Assembly (NCBI GenBank): GCA_951406725.2
Contig: OX597835.1
Location: 18,290,001-18,354,000, forward strand
Source: Octopus vulgaris
Taxonomy: Eukaryota
Length of the DNA: 64,000 nucleotides
Reading direction: 5' to 3'
The position numbers and the translations under genes are program-made. The notes under the pieces are model-generated. The model ran no database searches, was not told the origin of the DNA, and saw only the letters and a list, made by a program, of their open reading frames with translations. Every line of letters starts with the position of its first letter. Positions within the stretch are counted from its first letter, which is position 1. Positions 1 to 13,012 of this stretch are shown piece after piece.

Positions 1-140
1 TGTGTCACGCTGAATATCCCTGAGAACTACGTTAAGGGTACACGTGCCTGTGGAGTGCTCGGCCACTTGCACGTTAAGTTCACGAGCAGGCTCTTCCGTT
101 GATCGGATCAACTGAAACCCACGTCGTCATGAGCGACGGT
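1..140 (+). mobile_element. SINE family B, 3' part (cut by window edge)
   Basis: Matches the 3' third of the full copy at 42836-43224 (tgtgtcacgctgaatatccc..gaactacgttaagggtacacgtg..gatcggatcaac). Confidence 0.85.
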
Positions 141-164
141 ATCCCATCTCTCACTCTGTCTGAC

Positions 165-195
<31 letters not shown>

Positions 196-380
196 ATATA
201 TATGTATATAGATACACACACACACATACACACACACACATATATATATAGATATACATATACATACATATATAAAGAGAGCTCTTTTCGTGTTTGATTT
301 GTTATTGTGCCTTTTAAATAATGTTTATCTCTCACTACATTGAGTACTTTTTTGTTGGATTTTCTATCACAGTACAGTAC

Positions 381-428
<48 letters not shown>

Positions 429-471
429 AGGGGTATGTGTGTGTGTGTGTGTGTGATGCATTTAGTGGCGT

Positions 472-505
<34 letters not shown>

Positions 506-542
506 TGAGAGAGAGAGAGATTGTGTGTGTGTGTGTATATAG

Positions 543-890
543 GTCGAGCGTAACTGCGTGGTAAGAAGCATTCTTCCCAACGACAGTTTCAGGTCCATAC
601 CTAGTGTGTGGCACATTGGGTAAGTATATTCCACTATAATCTCTGGGCCACCAAAGCTTTGAGAGTGGGAGAGGTAGACGGATCCTGAAAGATGGCAATT
701 GCGCTTGACAGCCGGTTTCGGTATGTTTACATCACCGTACCTTTGCAGTTCGACAAAATAAAATCATTGAAGAAGGACGCCCCGTATAAAAGTACAGGTT
801 TCGATTCATTTGATTTCAAGCCAAACGATCGTCAAGCTGGTACTCCAGGATGGTCGCTCTCTAATGACTGAAAGAAAGAAAAGACAACAG
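543..890 (+). mobile_element. SINE family A, diverged copy
   Basis: Alignable by eye to the full copy at 59118-59515: gtggtaagaagc head, ggtagacgga..ctgaaaga, ctccagga/catgg..aatgactgaaa tail. Confidence 0.65.
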
Positions 891-905
891 ATATACATAC
901 ATACA

Positions 906-944
<39 letters not shown>

Positions 945-1509
945 GGAGAGAGTGAAGGAGAAAGAGAGTGAGTGTGTTATGTGCATGACATAGACCGAGA
1001 ATTCAACGCTTACTTTCATAGAAGTATAGAAACCTATACAGGATATTTATGTATTCAAGGCAATCACATGACTACCCTACTTCGGAATATGGACGTCATT
1101 AAAAAGATCGCATATTATATTAAAAAAAAGGAGATTGGTTTCTGTAATTTTGAGAGTATTCTTAAAATTACCCTCACGAATATTCTGTTGAAAATACTGA
1201 GGCTGCATTATATAATCTTTCGTCGGTATATTTATTATACGTCTTCACATAATCAGAACTTGTTTAAGAATGCATTATTTTGTTTGATTGTCATGTATAC
1301 CTTATAAACCTACGTAAGATATGAGAGAAAATGTCATGAGAAAACATATAGTTGCAGCTTCAGTAGCTAGTGGACCTAAATATTTAAATTATCATATATT
1401 CTTAAGCTCATAAATCTAGGCATCTGCCCAGTACGGAATTGTAAATCGGATTGTTTTATGAAAGGAAAGTCTGGTTGACCAGTTAAATCACATGGTTCTA
1501 TATCATCAT

Positions 1510-2039
<530 letters not shown>

Positions 2040-2236
2040 CACACATACATATATACACTCACGTTAAGTAGTATATACACCCTGCAAATTGTATATTGAT
2101 AAAAGTACGTGAAAAGAAGCGCCCATTTTTTATATAAATATATCTGAGCACACCCACGCATGTATACCCAAATTAAACACTTGCATGCATTCATGTAGAA
2201 ATACAAACGTAAGTATATACATGCATATATTTATAA

Positions 2237-2408
2237 TTGTTAAACAAGAAGTGGTGTACCCACGTAACACACCTGGCACAACCGTCCAGCCCAGAGATGA
2301 ATGCGGCCTTTTGCTATGCCGGCAGCTTTTTGCTGCGCAAATTCACTGAAGTTCAGAATGAGTGTTGGACCAAACTCGCACGAGGAACCCAGCTGTGTGT
2401 TTACTCTG

Positions 2409-2410
<2 letters not shown>
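2237..2410 (+). pseudogene. RTE-clade LINE ORF fragment (endonuclease-RT linker region)
   Basis: GC-richer island between microsatellites translating [43 protein letters not shown]. From memory this resembles the RTE motif HLAQP..KAAF..ACS.LQRKLREIQNEWW..LA.RTQ; not verified. Confidence 0.55.
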
Positions 2411-2650
<240 letters not shown>

Positions 2651-3071
2651 CAAATACAGATACACATGTATATATAGACTTATACATATGCACATAAAAA
2701 TATGTACACGTAAGCAACAATTTTTTCCGTCTAATCAGAAAGACATACGATTCGTTTCGATGGTAAATTCTACAAGATGCTTGCATTTCAAAAAACAAAA
2801 AAAATCTTGATGTTAATGCAACAATCAAAACGTTGAGAGATTGGCAGGTGTGGTATGGGTGGGGGACACACAAAATTGACATATGATGGAATGCAATTAT
2901 ATGTGTAAGCCGTCATTTTTGTTTAAAAAAAAAATGAAAAGAAACAAGAGAAACACATCATATCAGTATTTTCGTTTGCTCAGCTATTCTTCGCAATCTT
3001 CAAAACCAGTATAAGTTTTTTTCTTTACAACAGGTTCCACATTTTCTCTCACATTCTCGCTTTATACTTAC

Positions 3072-3410
3072 GTATGTATCTATGTATGTATGTATGTATG
3101 TATGTCTGTATGTATGTATGTATGTATGTATGTATGTATGTATGTATGTAGGTAGGTATGTATGTAGGTATGTATGTATGTAGGTATGTATGTATGTATG
3201 TAGGTAGGTATGTATGTATGTATGTATGTATGTAGGTAGGTAGGTATGTATGTATGTAGGTAGGTATGTAGGTATGTATGCATGTATGTAGGTATGTATA
3301 TATGTATATAGGTATGTGTATATGTTTGTGTGTTTATGATTATGTATATATATGTATGTACATGAAATGTAACTTTGTATGCTTGTATCCATCAATCAGT
3401 CAATTATTCT

Positions 3411-3445
<35 letters not shown>

Positions 3446-3546
3446 TATCTATCTATCTATCTATCTATCTATATATATATATAAATATCTGTCTGTCTGT
3501 ATGTCTGTCTATCTGTCTGTGTGTCTGTCTGTCTATCTATCAATCG

Positions 3547-3628
<82 letters not shown>

Positions 3629-3661
3629 TTATCTATCTATCAACCTTGCTCTCTCTCTCTC

Positions 3662-3710
<49 letters not shown>

Positions 3711-3805
3711 CTCTTTCTCTCCAATCCCTCTTTATCCATATTTTCTCTATCTTTTTTTATCTATCTATCTACCTATCTATCTATTTATCTATCGATCGAT
3801 CTATC

Positions 3806-3875
<70 letters not shown>

Positions 3876-3900
3876 CCTACCTACCTACCTACCTATTTAT
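3072..3900. repeat. Compound tetranucleotide microsatellite (TATG/TAGG)n-(TCAA)n-(TATC)n
   Basis: Directly visible. Confidence 0.95.
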
Positions 3901-4618
3901 CTCTCAATCAGTCCAGTAATAACACTGCTGTTCCTATAATTTCTTTAAATCTCCCTCTCTCTCTCTTCAATTCTGTAATGCTTTAACCGAAATACTGAAA
4001 GTAGAGAAGTAGAGAAATATTGTTTCTTTTAAATATATGTTTCGAAACTATACCGTAATATTAATAATAATATGATATGTCATATTCGAAAAATACATAT
4101 GAAATAAGCCTATACTTGACAGTTGCCAAAATTCTTTGTCAGATGAAAATGGCAATTTACATACAATGGAAACTGATTATTTGCTTTAAACATATATAAA
4201 ACATTTTTACTTTCAAAAAATGGTGTTCAACGCGAAGTAAAATTACAAAATTACACGACCAAAACAACCTGGCTAAGCACACATAAATGTACATATATGT
4301 GTATATAAATATATACATGCATACACGTATGCTTATATATACATACATACCTATATGTATATATAGAGATTTAAATATTTATATATACATACATTCATAC
4401 AAACATATTTGTGTATATATAAATATATACGTACATATGTGTGTATATATAGGTATATATATATATATATATATATATTGTGAGAATTTACAAAAAGCTA
4501 AAATTCGAAGACGGGTGTGTAAACAACAAAGAGATGTATTAGTGTAACGCTCTAGATGAATGTATACATGTATACTCGTTTATATGCATATGTGTGCATA
4601 TGTAAATATATGTATGTA

Positions 4619-4650
<32 letters not shown>

Positions 4651-4654
4651 CCCC

Positions 4655-4714
<60 letters not shown>

Positions 4715-4799
4715 AATATGTATATACGACTACATAGTATAGTAGTGTCACTTGTACACTGTTTGTCCGAAATTTCGAAACGACATGCTGTACTCCTCC

Positions 4800-5140
4800 G
4801 GTGGAGGAAGTTCTGCCCTCTGTGTAGAGGGTGGCTTCTGGACGAACCTATGTCCGGCAACAGGATTATGTAAAATAACACAGACACAATCACAATTTCT
4901 GCAACCACATCACTCTTAACATCTGTCCACCTAACCGCCTAGATTGCGAAACCCTTAAATGTTATGTGTTGTGCGCATGTGAGCGGGAGACCAACAAAAC
5001 TGCTTGTAACACCAAAGATGAATTGATGCAAGGATTATGGCAGCATTCACCAACTTAAACAAGGAGACTGCCCAGAAGAGTTGCAGGAGTTTCTGAAATC
5101 ATCTAGAGGCTGTGGTTGGAGCTAATGGCCGATTGTTTTA
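4800..5140 (+). pseudogene. Tc1/mariner (maT/DD37D-like) transposase C-terminal remnant
   Basis: Translates [20 protein letters not shown]... then [69 protein letters not shown]. This is a degenerate QQD..WPPNSPD.NP.DY..W and R.R.RLEAVVEANG, with stops and a frameshift. Confidence 0.8.
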
Positions 5141-5220
5141 AATAAATTTAGTCTTTAGTATTTCGAGATATATTTTATATAATCTTGGTAAATATGTGTT
5201 AAAATGGAATGTCAGTGTTA

Positions 5221-5287
<67 letters not shown>

Positions 5288-5299
5288 AAAACTTATATA

Positions 5300-5600
5300 T
5301 AAAATGTACAAAAGGGAACAAGAACGCAAACTACACAAAGAGACGACACAAAAAAAACAGACAGGTCATTCGAAGCCTCTAATCTTCAGTCAGGAACAGG
5401 ATCAACTTAGCAATTTCGGCTGATTAATTCTGATATCGCTCCGATCCGGCCAGCCCCAAGGAAAAACTAAGCTCCGAGCATTAGATTTCTTGGAAAAAGG
5501 ATCGAATGTATACGAAACAAAGACAGAAAAACGGACGATGCCACACGAATATAAATACAAGAAACAAAAATTAAAAATCAAAATCAAAATCAAGAATAGT
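5300..5600 (-). mobile_element. Penelope-like terminal-repeat fragment, dispersed family P1
   Basis: Core cagccgaaattgc..ctga(a/t)ga..gcttcgaatga recurs at 16415-16645(-), 28624-28790(+) and 38180-38295(-), always next to (TA)n. The Penelope assignment is inference. Confidence 0.5.
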
Positions 5601-5605
5601 AATAA

Positions 5606-5764
<159 letters not shown>

Positions 5765-5770
5765 GTTTGT

Positions 5771-6170
5771 CAGTGTCTTGCGGAAATTTCGAACCTGGGT
5801 TTCTCATTCCTAAGGTATTTTTCGATGTTATTATTCACAGGAATCTGTAGCACGAGATCCACATGACGAACATTACCTTCATTATTTGCGATCAGTTAAA
5901 TGCCAATTTTATAATGGAAATGTTTTCTTTTCTTTTTCTTTGTCATTTCTTTCTCCACGACTCTCTCCGTCTCTCTCTTTCAATCTCTTCCTATCTCATA
6001 ATGAACTGAATAATGATAATAATAACATCGAAAAACACCGAGGAATGACAACCTAAGTTCGAAATTTTCGCTAGAGACCCCTGATGAAGGCTGGAGAGTA
6101 AATCAGCCGAAAAGTTGTGTCAACAACAAACAAGATGAGGACAAATATCCGTCAAATGTAAATAATGTAT
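5771..6170 (+). mobile_element. Penelope-like pseudo-LTR with inverted partial copy
   Basis: 5771-5835 is the imperfect reverse complement of about 6017-6083; the + copy runs into a hammerhead motif. Confidence 0.6.
6081..6120 (+). ncRNA. Minimal hammerhead ribozyme motif (stem III degenerate)
   Basis: CTGATGA-a-GGCTG[gagagtaaat]CAGCC-GAAA: both conserved core boxes plus a perfect 5-bp stem II. Confidence 0.6.
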
Positions 6171-6555
6171 AGTAACTTGGTATCAACAAATACTTGAATA
6201 CTTGGATTTTTATATGAGTATTGTTGCCGTCTATCGACTTGCCATTTAGGACTGCGTAGGCGTATACACAATGGGAATCCAGACATGGCCATCACACTCT
6301 TCTTTTGACTAAATATGAAATATAAAAAGTGAAAACAGAATTTAGCAGCCAGTAGCTGGAAATTTCCGGATCCCGGGTCAAAAGCGAGTTGGTAATGCAG
6401 ACTATCACCTGCTGGAGTGCGATATAATTAGAGAGAATCCAGCTGATAAATCGATTTACCACAAAAAGTCAGGTAAATCACCGTGAAATTATACCTCGCC
6501 GTCTTAAAAATTAAATACGCTGACTAATATTATCCTCTATTCTTTCGGCCAAAAA

Positions 6556-6697
6556 AAAATGCAGGACAGCTACTGATGGAATGCCTTTTCCCCTAATGTA
6601 CCCTTCTTCAGTATCACCACTCAAGAAAATGCAGGAGAGCTACTGATGGAATGCCCTTTCCCCTAATGTAGCCTTCTTTGTATCACCACTCAAGAAA
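6556..6697. repeat. 70-bp tandem duplication (2 copies)
   Basis: aaaatgcagga(c/g)agctactgatggaatgcc...gtatcaccactcaag repeated with period 70. Confidence 0.9.
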
Positions 6698-8201
6698 TTT
6701 ATGGCTAAAAAATTGTAAACTCAGATTAGATAAATTAACAATGTTCTAATTTAACCTTTACTAAAATAGTCATTCAGTTTCCTTCACCACATGGAAATTA
6801 ATTCCTTTCCCATGTTTAGACATCTGGCTACCAGATCAAAGCAACTGAGAAATGCTGGGTAGCAAATAGCGTTTGCCAGTACAGTGTCATGTAAAATTGC
6901 TTAGTTAGAATGTCGTTTTACCATTAATTATATATTACTTTAACCATTTATCCCATACACCTCAGTCGCATTAATTTTCTAATTTCTGGACACTGGGTGC
7001 CAATGTTAAATTCCTGATCACGATCTATTTGATACAGAAGAGAATTCTATTTAAATTGGTTTAAAATATTATCTAATGTTATTAATGGAATAAAAGTTGC
7101 CTGGCAATTTACTTGTAATGATACGAGATTAAATTTTATCTTTCCAATAAAATAAAATAAAATAAAGAAATTACCTCCATTTATTTTAATCGTTTCGTTG
7201 GAGGTTAATTAGAACATTATTAATTTAATTAATTCAAGTTTAAATTTTTCTAGCCAAAAACTTGTTCAGTTTTGAACAGACAATTCTTTGCTATTTGTTC
7301 TGTAGTTGAAATTTAACAATCCTTGCTTAGTTTAGTGAATTCAAACTAACTGTAACTCATTATTTTATTTCCAATTTACATAATGTATATATTTTTTTAA
7401 TTAAATATTTTTATCTTGGTGTTTATATTTATTGTTGTTTCTTTAATTAATTTTCTTTTTGGTGAAAAATCTCCCATTAGACTAGACAAATCAATCACTT
7501 TGCTAAACGCAATAACTATTGGCTTTCTCTAATACAATAACAAGCTAGTTGAAATAAAAGCGATAAAAACGAAATTTAGAATGAATTTTATCTCATGAGA
7601 CTTACAAGGTCAAAACAACGGTTAGAATATAAAGTCTGTTTTGGGCAATTTGTATTGGAATCTTAAAAATTTAAATCTTTAGAAATTTATTGACTATTTT
7701 ATGCAAGTTTTTCGTTTTCGGTATCCGTAGTTTTGTTTGTATTTTATTTATTTTAGATTCTCTTTTGGCTGTTGGTCAACCTTAGTTGTTATAGCTCCAT
7801 TTCAACAAAAGTATTCGACAGATCTAATCAATCGATTTGAAATATTTAGTTGGTGTATTTTAGTGTTGCTAGTATCATCTTTAGCGTAATGTGAAGCTTT
7901 TATTTTGGCTGTAAATTTTTTACAATTTAGAACAGAGAACATCATGTACCATTCATGCTAAAATTAGTACAAATTTGGGTTTTAAAAGATTGCAGTTAAA
8001 ACCTGGAACAACCAAATGTTACCGTTGTTAGGCATGGTAATAATAGCAGTTATCTAGATGGCTGATTTTGCCGTTGTTGATGTTGCTGTTGAAGCTAGTG
8101 CTATTTCTGTTCAACTCTTGTGCATCGCTGATACAAAGCTCAATCAAAAGCATTCAATACATGACAATCCCATCATTACATATTCGGACAATATATATAT
8201 G

Positions 8202-8255
<54 letters not shown>

Positions 8256-8569
8256 GGAATAAGATATCCAATGAGTACTTCGTCATTTCATGAGTTCCTG
8301 GAAGTAGTTACTTTAGTTAACCACAATTCAACAGAACATGTAGAGGTTCCCTTTGAAAAAAAAAGAAGGTAAGAGAAAGGCGAACAAGGCAAATAATTAT
8401 TGATTTGGTTATCTGGTTCCTTGTATAGTTGTTACTGTTTCTGCTGTTTTCTATTTGATAGTCCTCTCTGATCGAGCAAACCTGTTATTAATATGGTCCC
8501 CATCCAACAAATTATGCCCTGATTCCCTCCAATTAGACTGGATTAATGACCTGCAATTGGGTATTTTGT

Positions 8570-8993
8570 TTACTCTTACTCTTTTACTCTTTTACTTGTT
8601 TCAGTCATTTGACTGCGGCCATGCTGGAGCACCGCCTTTAGTCGAGCAAATCGACCCCGGGACTTATTTTTTGTAAGCCCAGTGCTTATTCTATCGGTCT
8701 ATTTTGCCGAACCGCTAAGTGACGGCGACGTAAACACACCAGCATCGGTTGTCAAGCAATGCTAGGGGGACAAACACAGACACACAAACATATACACACA
8801 CATATATATATATATATATATACATATATACGACAGGCTTCTTTCACTTTCCGTCTACCAAATCCACTCACAAGGCATTGGTCGGCCCGGGGCTATAGCA
8901 GAGGACACTTGCCCAAGATGCCACGCAGTGGGACTGAACCCGGAACCATGTGGTTGGTTAGCAAGCTACTTACCACTCAGCCACTCCTGCGCC
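8570..8993 (-). mobile_element. SINE family A, full length, little diverged
   Basis: Near-identical to 57595-57998(-) and to the reverse complement of 13066-13492, 37358-37776 and 59118-59515. Has a tRNA-like head, an internal (TA)n(TG)n tract and a (taaaagag)n tail. Confidence 0.92.
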
Positions 8994-9170
8994 TGTTTAT
9001 TGATTAAATTTTCTTAATTCAGTTAGAATATATTTTGTTATATCCTTATTTGATTATTTCGGCTCTTGGTGCATGTTAAACTCACCTTTCATGAGTTGCA
9101 TATTTGTTCCACTAAATATTGTCCTCAATGCCTAGAGACAATGTATCCTCCAAGTAGAATGTTATTACTA

Positions 9171-9404
9171 AAGGCGGCGAGCTGGCAGAAACGTTAGCAC
9201 GCCAGGCGAAATGCTTAGTGGTATTTCGTCAGCCGCTACGTTCTGAGCTCAAATTCTGCCGAGGTTGACTTTGCCTTTCATCCTTTCATGGTCGATAAAT
9301 TAAGTACCAGTTACGCACTGGGGTCGGGTAATCGGCTTAATCGCTTTGTCTGTCCTAGTGGGCAATAAATCGATTTGTCGCTCCTTGTGGGCAATGAAGA
9401 AATA
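9171..9404 (+). mobile_element. SINE family C
   Basis: ggcggcgagctggcagaaacgttagcacgcc..gactttgcctttcatcctt..gtcgataaattaagtaccag; TSD agaatg(t/g)tattacta. Confidence 0.9.
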
Positions 9405-9833
9405 AGAATGGTATTACTATTATTATAGAGAGAGAGAGGGACAGAGGGGAGGGAGAGAACAGCACAACCCTGCAAAGGAACTTTGGGGTACAAATATACG
9501 AAACCCAATATACGCATCATAACAACACATTGATAAGGATACACCAGAAACATGCATCTCAGTCATGTTTGCACGACACGGTGAGTTCATTTCCAGATAA
9601 GCAGCTCATGACCTTGAAAGAAGGTTCCAGTTATAGTTTCCTTCAGGTCTAGTGTGTCATCCCACTCAAAAGGTCCCCGTATAACGGTTGTTTAACGATG
9701 ATGAATGAAACGCCTATGTTTCTAGCGGTGATTTATTCAAACCCAAAAGAATCTCTCTCTAAGAATCTCTCTGGATGTGATGCTCCCCCTAATTTTCTTA
9801 CTCGTGATTAGAAATGCAAATATCGTCAGGCAC

Positions 9834-9893
<60 letters not shown>

Positions 9894-9953
9894 TATTATT
9901 ATCATTATTACTATTAATATTATTATTATTATTATTATCATTATTATTATTAC

Positions 9954-10016
<63 letters not shown>

Positions 10017-10054
10017 TATTATTATTATTATTACTATTATTATTATTATTATTA

Positions 10055-10144
<90 letters not shown>

Positions 10145-10165
10145 TATTATTATTATTATTCTATT
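9834..10165. repeat. (ATT)n array, 3' tail/target of the adjacent R4/Dong element
   Basis: Directly visible. Confidence 0.95.
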
Positions 10166-10189
10166 ATTTGATTTTGCTTTATATTTGTA

Positions 10190-10896
10190 TTTGGCTTCAA
10201 GTCTCACCCAGAGACCTCAAGAGACAACAGGGTTGGAAGTTCATGTTGTTGTTATGCCTAGTGTGCCATATATTTGGGGGGTGGGGATGTTGTACTAATG
10301 AATGTCCAAAGAAAAAAAAAAAAAAAGGTTTTTTTTTTTTTTTTTTTTTTAAACCGAAAATTATGTTTGTTTTAAACCTTGAGATTACATAGAGAGTATT
10401 TTGCGTAGGATATGAGCAGTTCCCATGGGCACTATCTTTTGAACTTCTGCCATTTTTGGGTTTCCTGGTATCTGAGTTAGGTAGCTATCAGCCCCTTTTG
10501 CTATCATTCCCAGGGCACCTATGACAACAGGTATTGTTTTAGTCTTCAGCTTCCACATTTTGCTGATTTCTATTTCAAGATCTTTATATTTGCTCAGTTT
10601 TTGGTAGGTCTTGACAGATACGTTTATATCGATTGGGACAGTCATATCAATGAGGAGGCATCAGAATATCTAAGGCCGCAGTTTTGGCACGGGTTTTCAT
10701 GCGCCTAGCTTTTTCTGTGCTTGTTTCTTCTATATCTATCTCTAATTCCGAAATTGGTTGTATTCGGAATTAGGTAGGTGTCTAGGCCAATTGTAGCAAT
10801 CTTCATTGTTATTGCCAGTTGCAAAAGACCACGGCCTCCATCTTTTCTTGGCAGATAGAGTCGTTCTGTATCTGCCTTAGGGTGGTGCATTCTATG

Positions 10897-10897
<1 letters not shown>
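10190..10897 (-). mobile_element. R4/Dong-clade non-LTR retrotransposon, 5'-truncated and internally deleted
   Basis: 10897-10760 reads HPKADTERLYLPRKDGGRGLLQL (post-RT region). 10660-10385 reads CLLIDMTVPIDINVSVKTYQKLSKYKDLEIEISKMWKLKTKTIPVVIGALG...LRKILSM* (restriction-like endonuclease C-terminus). A 3' UTR follows and runs into (TAA)n. Confidence 0.88.
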
Positions 10898-10944
<47 letters not shown>

Positions 10945-11031
10945 TATTATTATTATTATTATTACTATTATTATTATTATTATTACTATTATTATTATTA
11001 TTACTATTATTATTATTATTATTATTATTAC

Positions 11032-11095
<64 letters not shown>

Positions 11096-11310
11096 ATTAC
11101 TATTATTATTATTACTATTTTTATTATTATTATTATTATTATTATGATTACTATTATTATTATTATTATTACTATTATTATTATTATTACTATTATTATT
11201 ATTATTATTATTATTACTATTATTATTATTATTATAATTACTATTATTATTATTATTATTACTATTATTATTATTATTACTATTATTATTATTATTATTA
11301 TTATAATTAC

Positions 11311-11359
<49 letters not shown>

Positions 11360-11447
11360 ATTACTATTATTATTATTATTATTACTATTATTATTATTAT
11401 TACTATTATTATTATTATTATTAATATTATTATTATTATTATTATTA

Positions 11448-11484
<37 letters not shown>

Positions 11485-11501
11485 TATTATTATTATTACT
11501 A

Positions 11502-11532
<31 letters not shown>

Positions 11533-11577
11533 TATTATTATTATTATTACTATTAATATTATTATTATTACTATTAC

Positions 11578-11630
<53 letters not shown>
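10898..11630. repeat. ~730-bp (ATT)n array with ACT interruptions
   Basis: Directly visible; source of the poly-I, poly-Y and poly-N ORFs. Confidence 0.95.
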
Positions 11631-11631
<1 letters not shown>

Positions 11632-12369
11632 CCACTCTATCCCCAAAATTTCAGACCTTGTGCCTTCAGTACAATGTATTATTATTATTATCATTCTCAT
11701 TGGTATCCCCCTCCTCCACTTTCTCCTCCTCCTCCTCCTCATTATCATCATCACCATCATTATCACCACCATCATCACCATCATCATCATTAAGTGGCGT
11801 TTATACTGTAATAATTTATTGAGGAGCAAATTACTAGAGAGGTCATTACATTTTAAAAACAGTAGTTCAATCCAGGGAAACTCTCGCTGCTATTTTTAAA
11901 GAATTAAGAGGAATTGTCGAACGATTTTTTACTGATAGCCTATCTCAGAAACTGACTGAAAATCTTTCAAGGACTATTGTATATGACATTATTAAAACAT
12001 TACCAGTATATCATATCTGTTGTAAGTGTTTTATTAAATCTATACTAACTGATTATATCCGATTAATATATGTAAAATCTATCCATGATAAAATCTTTGT
12101 GCAATTGTTTGTTTGATTAAATTTCCGTTAAACTGAAATAGCTCAAGGCTTGTTCCATATATCAAAATTAAAACTGTGACCAGGATAATATCTCTGCTGC
12201 AACTGTTGGATTTTAATCTACATTTGCACATTAGGTTTAACTAAAATTAATTTAGGTTAGTCTATAGCAGGTTCTTCTAAAACTCGATTTCGTGTGAGAA
12301 GTGAGTAATTCAAAATTTGGTGTTTCTACCATTCATCTGTGTGAAGAACATAGAGAGATAGAAATAGAA

Positions 12370-12417
<48 letters not shown>

Positions 12418-13012
12418 ATGTCATGGTCTATGCGTATATGTTTTTTTACTTAACGAATCTCAGGTGGAGAGTCAGGACCCGAAATATTAGATCCGCTATC
12501 CTTCATGATAAATAGACTCATCTAAAAATTCGAGGAAGTGTCTAAACTTTGACGAATTATTCTGATAAGCATTTCCCGGGCGTCAGCATTATAAGCTTTT
12601 GTATTAAACTGGCAGAGGAAAACTTAATTGTAATGTCTGTTATCTCAAATTGAATACAGTACGATATCTTTCTTCAACTCAACATGAACATCATATATCT
12701 AAGTGATTGTTGGTTTAGGCGTAATGGTCATTATTAACTGAGAAATAATTTGCTTTGTTTGAAGATGATTACTGTTTGAATAAACACACTGAAATGTTAA
12801 TTTTCTGTACATATACTTCGACTAATCTACATTGTCATTATATATCATTAGGCAGATGACAGAAGCAAAATTAAACTCAAGCAAGATATTATGAAATAGT
12901 TTATATGTTTATATCTCCAGTTTCAAAGATCCTTCAGAACAGCTGTCTCGCAAATCTTGTTTCACCTGCGTCCCTATTATTTTTCGTGTAAATGCAAATA
13001 TTAACATAAATA

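Noticed and set aside
8759-9007. Repeated small ORF MLGGQTQTH..RQASFSFRLPNPLTR (also 37312 and 57780) as a gene family
   Set aside because: Antisense reading of SINE A; identity reflects repeat copy number.
10705-11899. Long ORFs (374, 251, 247 and 201 aa) of poly-I, poly-N and poly-Y
   Set aside because: Translations of an (ATT)n array; only the short Dong-derived peptide is meaningful.
11838-12116. ATG-less open frame of about 92 codons on + (..QSRETLAAIFKELRGIVERFF..)
   Set aside because: No start codon, no clear splice pair and no recognisable family; could be chance or the antisense shadow of a relic.
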